Below, in pieces: positions 17,605 through 26,693 of a DNA stretch of 55,041 bases (within the stretch, counting starts at the first letter, position 1; each line of letters starts with the position of its first letter). The stretch is from an uncultured bacterium (GTDB lineage Bacteria; Bdellovibrionota; JACOXK01; 2-02-FULL-40-11), in the NCBI GenBank assembly GCA_964392415.1, contig CAYMPL010000003.1, positions 1-55,041 of the forward strand. Reading direction: 5' to 3'. The position numbers and the translations under genes are program-made. Under the pieces are notes generated by a model. It did no database searches and was not told the origin of the DNA. It worked only from the letters and a program-made list of their open reading frames with translations.

Positions 17605-18816
17605 ATGGGGCATAGGTCAATTCTTTTTTTAGTAACACTTTTGCTTTCTCCATCTGTTTTTTCGGATGGTGAACCGATGCATCAAGATCCTAATGAAGGA
17701 TATGTGGCTCCCGGAAAATTCTATTGGACACGGCTCTATTGGAAGGGAACCAAAGACGCGTTTGACCGGGGAGCGCTCTATTTCGTTGATGAAAATGGAA
17801 AAGAATCGCGAACCAATCTTTTTCTCATTGCGGGAATGAATCGAATGATTGCTTCTGCAAAAAGGTATAATGAAGAAGCATTGGAATCTCTCAAAACCTA
17901 TGGAACCCCATCAGAAGTTCTTCCTCAACGAGATGATTGGGATAATTTTAAGACTGGGGCGGTAAAAGTGGCAACCAAGCCATGGGGTTTGATTGCGCAC
18001 AAGGCTGAAAAAGTCAAAGAGAATGCCAAGAGGAATTATGAGGATATGGGAGGCGCCACTCTCAGAAACTGGGGACCTCTGGGACGCATCGTTGTGACCG
18101 CATGGAATGGCCTTCAAATTGTGGGCGAAACCATTGGAATTATCGGCGTTGAGCTTCCGCTTGAATTGGCTTTTAGAATCGTCCCAAAATATTGGATTGG
18201 CGTCACCCTGGATCCTGAGGACGGAATTGTTACCCGTGATGGTTTTGTCTCAAGCACCGTACGTCCGATTCTTCGCCCATTCTTACCGGTTCTTGGCGCT
18301 GGCTGGTATTGGGGGGTTCTTGAGCCTTCTAATCTCGCACTTCGTGGAACCCCGTCAGCTACAGCAGGGGCTGTTGGAACACTGCTGACTGGGATGACAG
18401 CTCTCGCGGAAGGGGGAAAATATCTGGTCTGGGATTCGTGGAGGTCTGAATCAACTTCAACTGATCAAGAAACGGCCTTCTATCAAACAGAAGATGGAAA
18501 AAATGTCGGCTTTATTATTCCAGTTCCTGAGGACCCAAAAGTGAGCGACGATTTAAGGATCCTCTTTGAAAATGCCGAAGATTCTCATGCCCTTGCTCTC
18601 GGGTTTGAAGAGATTATTTCTCAAAACCCGGACAAAAAATGGGTGGCGCTGAGCTATATTACTTCAAGACTCGCTGAAACGATCCATGCCCTCCATGAAA
18701 ATGGGGAACAGTATCAGGGTGAAGATCGGGAAGCGCGTTTGACAGAAGCTGCCTATCTCTCCAATCTTAAAGCTGTTTATTCAGAGGCCTTAAAAGAAGA
18801 GATGGAAGGGAGTTAG
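17605..18816 (+). CDS. Hypothetical exported protein
   Basis: GGAGG SD, signal peptide MGHRSILFLVTLLLSPSVFS, 403-aa ORF; no family recognised. Confidence 0.7.
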   Translation: MGHRSILFLVTLLLSPSVFSDGEPMHQDPNEGYVAPGKFYWTRLYWKGTKDAFDRGALYFVDENGKESRTNLFLIAGMNRMIASAKRYNEEALESLKTYGTPSEVLPQRDDWDNFKTGAVKVATKPWGLIAHKAEKVKENAKRNYEDMGGATLRNWGPLGRIVVTAWNGLQIVGETIGIIGVELPLELAFRIVPKYWIGVTLDPEDGIVTRDGFVSSTVRPILRPFLPVLGAGWYWGVLEPSNLALRGTPSATAGAVGTLLTGMTALAEGGKYLVWDSWRSESTSTDQETAFYQTEDGKNVGFIIPVPEDPKVSDDLRILFENAEDSHALALGFEEIISQNPDKKWVALSYITSRLAETIHALHENGEQYQGEDREARLTEAAYLSNLKAVYSEALKEEMEGS

Positions 18817-18819
18817 CAA

Positions 18820-18890
18820 GTCATTTTCCATAAGAAAATGACACGAAAGATATAAGGATATCAGACGAACCAGTTTGAAAGAGCTGGTTC
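18820..18890 (+). terminator. Two tandem hairpins after the exported-protein gene
   Basis: GTCATTTTC-CATAA-GAAAATGAC (18820-18842) and GAACCAGTTT-GAAA-GAGCTGGTTC (18867-18890); no U-tract. Confidence 0.35.
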
Positions 18891-18921
18891 GTCGACCTCA
18901 TTATATGCTACCATCTCTCTC

Positions 18922-19815
18922 GTGCGGCTCGGGATTGTCGACTTAGGAACAAATTCTCTTCGATTTGATATCTACAAAATTGATTCCTCTAAAAATAAAA
19001 AATTGCTCTATCGAAGCAAAGAAATGATCCGTCTCGGAGAAGATCTTTTTGTCACAAAAAAAATATCGATGGCCGCGGAAAGGCGCGTTCTTAAAACCCT
19101 TTCCAAAGTTGTTAAAATAGCCGAAGCCCACCGAACCGATAAAATGTGCTGTTATGGCACAAGTCCGTTTCGAGAAGCCGTAAACGCGGAAAGACTTCTT
19201 AAAAAAATTCAAAAAAAAACAGGTCTCAACATTGAAGTTATCTCTGGACAACATGAAGCTGATCTGATTGCAAAAGGAATTCTTAAGAGTGTAAGATCTT
19301 TAAAACCAATCCTCTTAATCGATATTGGCGGGGGGAGTACTGAATTTACGCTTGCCAAAAATGGCCTCTCTAAATTCTCCATCAGCATTCCTTTTGGATC
19401 TCTCAAACTTCAGGATATTTATTTAAAAAACCACCCTCCTTCTCAAGAAGCCATCGAAAAAATGAGACGAGCTATTAGAAAAACATTAGAAGAAAAATTA
19501 GGCTTTTACCGACAAGAGAAAATTCCCACTGCGATCGGGAGCGCGGGAACCATCAAGGCCCTGTATAAGGTCACCCACTCCCGCCATAAAAAAATCGATA
19601 TTAAGAATTTAGAAAATTTTTTAAAAAAAATTAAAAATAAAAAACTCCCCGAATTAAAAAGGCTGCTAAAAACAGAAGGACGCCGGGGGGATATTATTCT
19701 TGCGGGAACGATCTTATTGATTGAATGTCTTCATTTTTTTAATCTGAAATCAATTTCTGTGACAAAATGGGGTTTAAGAGACGGTATTCTTCGGGAGCAA
19801 ATAGATGGCGCATAA
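18922..19815 (+). CDS. ppx: Ppx/GppA family exopolyphosphatase (catalytic domain only)
   Basis: VDLGTNS, IRLGE, TSPFREAVN, EVISGQHEA, DIGGGSTE, GLRDG. Confidence 0.88.
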   Translation: MRLGIVDLGTNSLRFDIYKIDSSKNKKLLYRSKEMIRLGEDLFVTKKISMAAERRVLKTLSKVVKIAEAHRTDKMCCYGTSPFREAVNAERLLKKIQKKTGLNIEVISGQHEADLIAKGILKSVRSLKPILLIDIGGGSTEFTLAKNGLSKFSISIPFGSLKLQDIYLKNHPPSQEAIEKMRRAIRKTLEEKLGFYRQEKIPTAIGSAGTIKALYKVTHSRHKKIDIKNLENFLKKIKNKKLPELKRLLKTEGRRGDIILAGTILLIECLHFFNLKSISVTKWGLRDGILREQIDGA

Positions 19816-20782
19816 ACTTCGTAAGCCATTGACGGATGAGCACATTTTTAAAAGCATTAAAGCGACGGTTCGAAAAATAGCGAAGGAAGATGTGGCCAGA
19901 TCTGATCTTAAAATCGTAGATACAGCCTTAAAAGAGTTGGTTTATACCTTTAAAATCTTTGCCCCTTATCGTGGAAAACGTAAAATAACGATATTTGGCT
20001 CGGCAAGATCGCTTCACTCTGATCCTACCGCCCGCCAGGCGAGACGATTTGCAAAAGAAATCGTTCGCCTAGGCTACATGGTTTTAACAGGCGCGGGGGG
20101 AGGAATTATGCAAGCCGCACAGGAAGGAGCTGGGAGTGAAAACAGTTTTGGGCTCAATATCCGGCTTCCATTTGAGCAAAAAGCCAATCCTGTCATCAAG
20201 GAAGATCGAAAGCTTATTCATTTTAAATATTTCTTCACCCGAAAGTTGACAATGGTCAAGGAAAGCGATGCGCTTGTTTTGTTCCCCGGGGGCTTCGGCA
20301 CTCAGGATGAAATGCTTGAAACCCTGACCCTTCTCCAAACGGGGAAAACCCTTCCCAAGCCAGTTGTCTGCATCGACAAAAAAGGGGGGGGCTATTGGAA
20401 GCAATGGAAAAGATTCAATTTCGGAACATTGATAAAAAATCATCTGATATCAAAAGAAGATAAAAAGTTTATTTTCTTCACGGATCAAATAGAAGATGCT
20501 GTTTCCCACATCACAAAATTTTATCATAATTATCATTCACTTCGTTTTTTCGAAAAATGGCTTTTGATCCGGGTCTGGAGACTGCCGTCCAATCCCCTGC
20601 TGAGGCGACTGGGACAGAAGTTCAAAGACATTCTTTCTTCCGGAGGCATCCATTCCATTCCAACGCACCTCTTACCCGATCCAGAACATGAAGCGCTCCC
20701 ATTAAAAACGCTTCGCCTTCAATTCAATCGAAAGAATTTTGGAAGATTAAGGCAATTGATTGATGAACTTAATGAGTATTAA
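19805..20782 (+). CDS. LOG family nucleotide phosphoribohydrolase with extra domains
   Basis: TIFGSAR, TGAGGGIMQAA, YFFTRKLTMVKES, FPGGFGTQDE. Confidence 0.85.
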   Translation: MAHKLRKPLTDEHIFKSIKATVRKIAKEDVARSDLKIVDTALKELVYTFKIFAPYRGKRKITIFGSARSLHSDPTARQARRFAKEIVRLGYMVLTGAGGGIMQAAQEGAGSENSFGLNIRLPFEQKANPVIKEDRKLIHFKYFFTRKLTMVKESDALVLFPGGFGTQDEMLETLTLLQTGKTLPKPVVCIDKKGGGYWKQWKRFNFGTLIKNHLISKEDKKFIFFTDQIEDAVSHITKFYHNYHSLRFFEKWLLIRVWRLPSNPLLRRLGQKFKDILSSGGIHSIPTHLLPDPEHEALPLKTLRLQFNRKNFGRLRQLIDELNEY

Positions 20783-21753
20783 TCATCATAAACTGGACGC
20801 TGGGCATGTTCCCAATAAATGGCGCGCCGCTTAATCTCAAAAAAATATTTTGAAATACCGGCTAATCGTTTATCCCATTGCGGATCCGGGCTTTGCCCCT
20901 CAACAATTTTTCGAAACTCCGAGACCAGTGTTGCCAGGGCAAAGGAATCTAACAGGATTTTTTTGAATGCCCATGTCATGATGAACGCTGAGATCAAAAA
21001 ATAAAGTTTCAGCGATGGCAAAAACATTGACAGCCCCAAAAGCGGGGGTAAAAGAACCATAAAATAAGCGGCAGAAAAAAGGATTGTTAAAAGATAAATA
21101 TATACGGAAGATTTATAAATTTTTTTAAAATTTTGCGCGCAAAGAATTAAACTTTCTCGCAAATTCTCCCAGAGAATTTCATCTTTTTTTATGAAACAAT
21201 GACTGATCAGAAGAGCAGTCATGTATTTCATATTTAAAAAAAGATCGACGAACCATATTTTTCGCCATATTTTTTGCCATGTTTTTCGAAAGAAAAATGA
21301 CTGATCATTGAACGGCGCGCCCATTTTCAAAGGAAATGGGCTTGCGACTAATATCTCATTCAGACTCTTATGAAGTCTCACATAGGCATCGTAAATTCTT
21401 TGTCGGTTTCCAAATTTTTGCGTCACTTTTTTTCGGGAAAACCGAATCTGAAATTTTGTCACGGGAACCTTCTCATGAGTGGCCAATTCAACAAGAACCG
21501 CCAGATAATTGGCTTCGAGGATTGAAAAGACCTGTTGTTTAAAGAAACGATAGATTAAAACAGCCCCGCCTAAACCCAAAAAGAACAACACCCATGTAAT
21601 CGTAGAACTCTTAAAGATTAAGGAAAAACCAAAAATGACTCCCCAATAAAGAATGGCGCCGAGGGCAAAAAAACCATACCACCTCGTTCGGAGACAGACT
21701 TGCGGCCATGTTCTTAAGAAATAGCGCCAGCCGATTTTGAGTTCTTCGAACAT
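20779..21753 (-). CDS. Hypothetical membrane protein
   Basis: 324-aa ORF with about 4 hydrophobic segments filling the gap; no family recognised. Confidence 0.65.
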   Translation of the reverse strand: MFEELKIGWRYFLRTWPQVCLRTRWYGFFALGAILYWGVIFGFSLIFKSSTITWVLFFLGLGGAVLIYRFFKQQVFSILEANYLAVLVELATHEKVPVTKFQIRFSRKKVTQKFGNRQRIYDAYVRLHKSLNEILVASPFPLKMGAPFNDQSFFFRKTWQKIWRKIWFVDLFLNMKYMTALLISHCFIKKDEILWENLRESLILCAQNFKKIYKSSVYIYLLTILFSAAYFMVLLPPLLGLSMFLPSLKLYFLISAFIMTWAFKKILLDSFALATLVSEFRKIVEGQSPDPQWDKRLAGISKYFFEIKRRAIYWEHAQRPVYDD

Positions 21754-21797
21754 CTGTCTATTTTACTTATCGGCGGTTTCAGGTGACGTACTTAGCC

Positions 21798-21855
21798 AGA
21801 TCCTTCGGGTTCCTTCCCCTTCGTTGCACTCTGGGTCAGGACGCTCAGGATGACA
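21798..21855. repeat. REP-like palindrome (GATCCTTCG...CTCAGGATGACA) with nested insert
   Basis: Same arms as the copies at 30240-30271 and 43635-43723. Confidence 0.7.
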
Positions 21856-21980
21856 AGTTGACAAAATCTGTCACCCGGTTACCATTGAAGATAGTGACGC
21901 AATTTGTGGCTCTGGAACGTAGATAGGAAGCCAAACAGCTTTAGAACTAAATCATAAGTAAGAACATATACTTAAACATA

Positions 21981-23651
21981 ATGTTTGCAGCACAAAAAAA
22001 TTCCGCTCCCCTTTTGGGAGATTCCGCAGATCGCCGTTCCTTAAAGGTCATTTTGTCAGACCCGAGGGCAAAGGATCAGACGCTCTGGTTTCTCTTTTTC
22101 AGGGCAATGGTAACCTCGCTTCTCCTGGCTATTACGCTGATCTATCAGATTAAAGACAGCACCGTTATTCGCCCGCAAGACCTCTTCCCCATTTATTCGC
22201 TGATCGGACTGACTTATTTCATTACGATCTTATTCACGCAGATTATCGACCGGATTAAAAACCTGACCACCTTTATTGTCAGCCAAATTGCCTACGACAT
22301 TCTATTTACGACAGCGTTGATTTATATTACCGGCACACAGCAAGCCGTCTTCACTTTTCTCTATCTTTTTACGATCGCCTTTGCCTCTTTTTTATTTTAC
22401 CGGACAGGGGCGCTCTATGCGGCAGCTTTTTCAAGCATCTGCTTTAGCACGCTTCTCATCCTCAATCCGATCCCCCAAAGTGAAAAACATCTTCTGACGC
22501 TCATTTTTAATAATATTGCGTTTTTTCTGGTCGCCTTTTTGAGCAGCTATATTGCTGAACAATTCCAGGAGTTCGGAATTAAACTGAAGAAAGGGCAGGA
22601 GAGCATCCGGGAACTTGAAGATCTCAATAGAATCATCATTGACAACATGAAGTCAGGATTGCTTACGACGGATCTCCAAAACCGCATTATCTATTTCAAT
22701 CGCGCGGCTGAGATCATCACTGGTTTTTCACTCAATATTATTTACAAAAAAAATATCTTTGAAATCTTTCCGGATCTTAAAAAACAGTGGTTTAAAAAAT
22801 TATCCGGAAACCGCAATGCGTCCCCTCTCCGGCAGAGCTTTATTTTTAAAAAATTCCCTAATGAAGAACTGACATTCGGTTTTTCACTTTCACCCCTGCG
22901 TGACGCAAATAATAACCATTTCGGTTACATCCTTCTTTTTGAAGATCTCACAAAAATTATCCAGATGGAACAGCATCTCCAGAGATCCGATAAACTGGCC
23001 GCAGTTGGAAAGCTTGCCGCCGGAATCGCGCATGAAATCCGCAATCCACTGGCGTCCGTAAGCGGTTCCATCGAAGTTCTCAGCAGAGAACTTCATGTCA
23101 AAGAGGAAAATAAAAAATTGATGGATATCGTTTTAAAAGAAACGGAAAGGCTCAATCACCTGGTAAACGAATTTCTGGATTATGTGAAACCAACTGACAT
23201 TCCCAAGGAATCATTTGATCTTGATGAAACCATTGAGGAAACATTGAACGCAATCGCCTTCGACAAATCGATCCCTAAAAATGTGAAAGTTTCATTTCTG
23301 CCTTCTCAAAAAAAATGCCAGATCAGGGGAAACAAAGAAAAAATGAAACAGGTTTTCTGGAATTTATTCCTAAATGCGCATCAGGCCATGCCAAAAGGGG
23401 GTGATATCGAAATCCGGACAACTCAAAAAGAAGATCAAATACAAATCAAAATTTCGGATTCAGGCGCAGGCATTCCAGAAGAAATTATCAATAAGATTTT
23501 TGACCCCTTTTTTACAACAAAGTCGAAAGGGACAGGATTGGGATTATCTCTCGTTCATAAAATTATTGAAGCCCACGAGGGACGAATTTTCGTGAATTCA
23601 AAAGAGGGAGAGGGAACAACGTTTACGATAACGCTGCCTACCGCCATTTGA
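21981..23651 (+). CDS. pilS: PilS-like sensor histidine kinase (membrane domain + PAS)
   Basis: AHEIRNPL, NLFLNA, DSGAG, FDPFFTTK, GTGLGL; adjacent to pilR and pilD. Confidence 0.8.
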   Translation: MFAAQKNSAPLLGDSADRRSLKVILSDPRAKDQTLWFLFFRAMVTSLLLAITLIYQIKDSTVIRPQDLFPIYSLIGLTYFITILFTQIIDRIKNLTTFIVSQIAYDILFTTALIYITGTQQAVFTFLYLFTIAFASFLFYRTGALYAAAFSSICFSTLLILNPIPQSEKHLLTLIFNNIAFFLVAFLSSYIAEQFQEFGIKLKKGQESIRELEDLNRIIIDNMKSGLLTTDLQNRIIYFNRAAEIITGFSLNIIYKKNIFEIFPDLKKQWFKKLSGNRNASPLRQSFIFKKFPNEELTFGFSLSPLRDANNNHFGYILLFEDLTKIIQMEQHLQRSDKLAAVGKLAAGIAHEIRNPLASVSGSIEVLSRELHVKEENKKLMDIVLKETERLNHLVNEFLDYVKPTDIPKESFDLDETIEETLNAIAFDKSIPKNVKVSFLPSQKKCQIRGNKEKMKQVFWNLFLNAHQAMPKGGDIEIRTTQKEDQIQIKISDSGAGIPEEIINKIFDPFFTTKSKGTGLGLSLVHKIIEAHEGRIFVNSKEGEGTTFTITLPTAI

Positions 23652-23672
23652 AATATGAATAAGGAGGAAGCC

Positions 23673-25073
23673 ATGATAAATGAAACACCGATTAAAATTC
23701 TCGTCGTCGACGATGAAGAGAGCCTTCGTGAATTCCTTGAGATTATGCTCAAACGCGAGGGATATGACGTTACAACGGCCGCTGATGGAGAGCAGGCAAT
23801 CAAGCTTTTGGAAAAGAAAAGTTTTGATTTGATCCTGACCGATCTTCAGATGCCAAAAGTCCATGGCATGGAGGTGCTGTCAAAGGCCAAAGAAATTGAT
23901 CCCGACTCGGTGGTCATTGTCATTACGGCATTCGGTTCGACCGAATCGGCTGTGGAGGCAATGAAACTCGGGGCTTACGACTACATCACAAAGCCTTTCA
24001 AAATCGATGAGATCAAATTGATCATTCGAAAGGCTTTGGAAAAAAGAACCCTTTTTATCGAAAATATTTATTTAAAAAAAGAGCTGGGGAGCAAATATCA
24101 CTTTGGAAACCTTATCGGAAGCGCCCCTTCGATGATTAAAATCTATGATCTCATCCAGCGTGTGAGTCAGACAAAGACCAACATATTGATCACGGGAGAT
24201 AGCGGAACCGGAAAAGAGCTTGTCGCAAAAGCAATCCATTATAACGGCCCGCTTAAAGACAGGCCTTTCGTAACCGTAAACTGCGGCGCGATTCCGGAGA
24301 ACCTTATCGAAAGTGAGCTCTTTGGGCATAAAAAGGGCTCTTTTACTGGGGCCGTCTCAGATAAGCTTGGTCTTTTCGAGGTTGCCAATAACGGAACGAT
24401 CTTCCTGGATGAAATCGGGGAACTTGAGCACCACGTCCAGGTAAAATTGCTGCGTGTCCTTCAGGACAAAACCTTTAAAAAGGTGGGGGGCATTGAAGAC
24501 ATTAAAGTCAACGTTCGCGTGATGGCTGCAACGAATAAAGAGCTTCAGGCGGAAGTTGCCAAGGGGCGTTTCCGTGAGGATCTTTATTATCGTCTGAATG
24601 TCATCCACATACAACTGCCGCCGCTGAGAGAAAGAAAGGAAGACATTCAAATCCTTGCCATGCATTTTCTGGAAAAATATAACGCGCAGCTTGGAAAAAA
24701 GATCAAAAAAATCTCCAAAGAAGCGATGGATGCCCTCATCCATTATGATTATCCTGGAAATGTGAGAGAGCTTGAAAATATCCTCGAAAGAACCGTTGCG
24801 CTGGAAAACGGGGCCGCGATTCTTCCAGAGAGCCTCCCCCCTGTTGTCTTTCATCCGGGCGCGGCAGCAACGGCTGGCAGGAAGCCGCTCCCTTCAGAAA
24901 TGGTAGTCACCATGGAAGGGATCGATCTTGAAAAGATTGTAGGAGAGATCGAAAGGGATCTCTTGCAAAAAGCGCTCAAAAAAGCGGGAGGTATCAAGAA
25001 AAAGGCCGCAAAGCTTTTAGGGATTAGCTTTCGATCGATAAGGTACAGACTCGAAAAATATGGCATGGAATAA
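23673..25073 (+). CDS. pilR: PilR-like sigma54-dependent response regulator
   Basis: Receiver domain (VVDDE, DLQMP); GDSGTGKE, ELFGHKKGSFTGA, FLDEIGE, FREDLYYRLNV; C-terminal HTH; AGGAGG SD supports start 23673. Confidence 0.85.
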   Translation: MINETPIKILVVDDEESLREFLEIMLKREGYDVTTAADGEQAIKLLEKKSFDLILTDLQMPKVHGMEVLSKAKEIDPDSVVIVITAFGSTESAVEAMKLGAYDYITKPFKIDEIKLIIRKALEKRTLFIENIYLKKELGSKYHFGNLIGSAPSMIKIYDLIQRVSQTKTNILITGDSGTGKELVAKAIHYNGPLKDRPFVTVNCGAIPENLIESELFGHKKGSFTGAVSDKLGLFEVANNGTIFLDEIGELEHHVQVKLLRVLQDKTFKKVGGIEDIKVNVRVMAATNKELQAEVAKGRFREDLYYRLNVIHIQLPPLRERKEDIQILAMHFLEKYNAQLGKKIKKISKEAMDALIHYDYPGNVRELENILERTVALENGAAILPESLPPVVFHPGAAATAGRKPLPSEMVVTMEGIDLEKIVGEIERDLLQKALKKAGGIKKKAAKLLGISFRSIRYRLEKYGME

Positions 25074-25818
25074 TCTTTTTTACGCGGTTTTTGGCGCCCT
25101 TGTTGGAAGCTTTCTCAATGTCTGTATTGTAAGACTCCCAAAGGATGAGTCGGTGCTTTTTCCACGCTCTCACTGTAGATCATGCCAGACCCCGCTTCCG
25201 TTCTATGATCTCGTTCCGATTGTCAGCTATCTCTGGCTTTGGGGACGGTGTCGTCACTGCGGTCAAAGAATAACTATTGAATATCCGATCGTTGAGGGAC
25301 TCACCGCTTTTCTTGCCTGGGTTGCCTTTGACGAATTTGGTTTGACCGCAATCGGGATTTCTTATTTCTTCTTCATCTGCTCTCTGATCGTTGTGACATT
25401 TATTGATCTTCACCACCGTATTATCCCAGATACGATCAGCATTGGGGGAATCATTCTTGGATTCCTTCTCTCTTTTGGGCTACTCGGAATCAATTATATC
25501 GAATCCCTGCTTGGTATTCTTCTCGGCGGCGGACTCCTTCTTCTTCTTGCCTACATCTATTTTAAAACAACAAAACGGGAAGGGATGGGCGGAGGGGATA
25601 TCAAGCTTGCCGCAATGATGGGGGCTTTCTTAGGTTATAAAAATATCTTTGTCGTTTTAATGGTGAGTTCTATTCTCGGTTCCCTTTGGGGACTTTCTCT
25701 TGTTCTTCTGAGACATCAAAATCTTAAAGAAGCAATTCCTTACGGACCTTTTTTAGCCGCCGCGGGAATCATCACGCTCTTCTACGGCGAGCATATTCTC
25801 TATTTTTTGGGATATTAG
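25060..25818 (+). CDS. pilD: Prepilin peptidase
   Basis: GSFLNVCIVRLP, SHCRSC...CRHC Cys pairs, FIDLHHRIIPD, GMGGGDIKL, PYGPFL. Confidence 0.93.
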   Translation: MAWNNLFYAVFGALVGSFLNVCIVRLPKDESVLFPRSHCRSCQTPLPFYDLVPIVSYLWLWGRCRHCGQRITIEYPIVEGLTAFLAWVAFDEFGLTAIGISYFFFICSLIVVTFIDLHHRIIPDTISIGGIILGFLLSFGLLGINYIESLLGILLGGGLLLLLAYIYFKTTKREGMGGGDIKLAAMMGAFLGYKNIFVVLMVSSILGSLWGLSLVLLRHQNLKEAIPYGPFLAAAGIITLFYGEHILYFLGY

Positions 25819-25832
25819 CGCTGCCGGTTTTA

Positions 25833-26693
25833 CTAAGGCTTCTTTTCCACTTCGTCTTCTATCAGCGACTCATTCACCCGAATCGTTGCGTTTTTTCTAA
25901 GACTTGAGAAAAACTGATTGTAAATTGCTTCCTGTTTTTTTGCCATCGCCTGTGATTGAAGCCTGCGTTTGTCCGCATCTTTAAACTTTCGAACGCCAGT
26001 CAGTTTGATAATATGATAGCCATATTTGGTTTTCACAAGATCGCTCACGTCACCCACTTTTTTAAGATTAAACGCCGCGTCACTGAATTCTTTGACCATG
26101 CTGTCTCTGGTAAAATAGTCGAGATCGCCATTATTTTTCGCCGATGGGCCATTTGAGTAGGTTTTTACGAGTTTTCCAAAATCCTCCCCCGCTTTGGCGC
26201 GCCTCAACGCCACTTCTGCCCTCTTTTTGATTTCAGCTTCTTTTTCCGGGGATGTCCCAGATGGAACTTGAAGTAAAATGTGACTCGCGCGAATTTCTGG
26301 AGATTCGTTAAAATGTTTTTCAAGATCTTTGTCTGTCAGCTTAATTTTTTCAAATTGTGAATAGACCTCGCGTTCCAAAAGATGCTGGGAGAGAAGAATG
26401 CGAAAATCGTATTGGGCCTTTTCTTCTTTATCGATCCCCCGTTTGGTCGCCTCCCGCGCCGAAAGTTCAAGATTAATCAGATTTTCAAGAAATGTTTTTT
26501 TGGGAACACGATATTTGAAGCGATCGACATACCACTGATAACGCTTGTTAAACTCAGCGACGGTAATCCCCTCCCCATTGATCTCAGCAACCACCCATTT
26601 TTGGGAAGGTTTAGCGGGTTTCGCCTCGCCATTCGGCGCTTTTTTACACCCCTGTAGAAGCAGTATGATGACGATCCATTGTGCTATTTTCAT
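25833..26693 (-). CDS. PpiC/PrsA-type peptidyl-prolyl isomerase lipoprotein
   Basis: LQG-C lipobox; RASHIL, GDLDYF, FSDAAF, TKYGYHII; ATGA overlap with mfd. Confidence 0.88.
   Translation of the reverse strand: MKIAQWIVIILLLQGCKKAPNGEAKPAKPSQKWVVAEINGEGITVAEFNKRYQWYVDRFKYRVPKKTFLENLINLELSAREATKRGIDKEEKAQYDFRILLSQHLLEREVYSQFEKIKLTDKDLEKHFNESPEIRASHILLQVPSGTSPEKEAEIKKRAEVALRRAKAGEDFGKLVKTYSNGPSAKNNGDLDYFTRDSMVKEFSDAAFNLKKVGDVSDLVKTKYGYHIIKLTGVRKFKDADKRRLQSQAMAKKQEAIYNQFFSSLRKNATIRVNESLIEDEVEKKP

Noticed and set aside
17219-17632. 137-aa plus-strand ORF
   Set aside because: No SD or motif, overlaps the next gene's start, and the region is better explained as a minus-strand structured RNA; not fully excluded.
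15940-18920. Classical tRNA-integrated island with attR
   Set aside because: No second copy of the tRNA 3' end and no integrase seen by eye.
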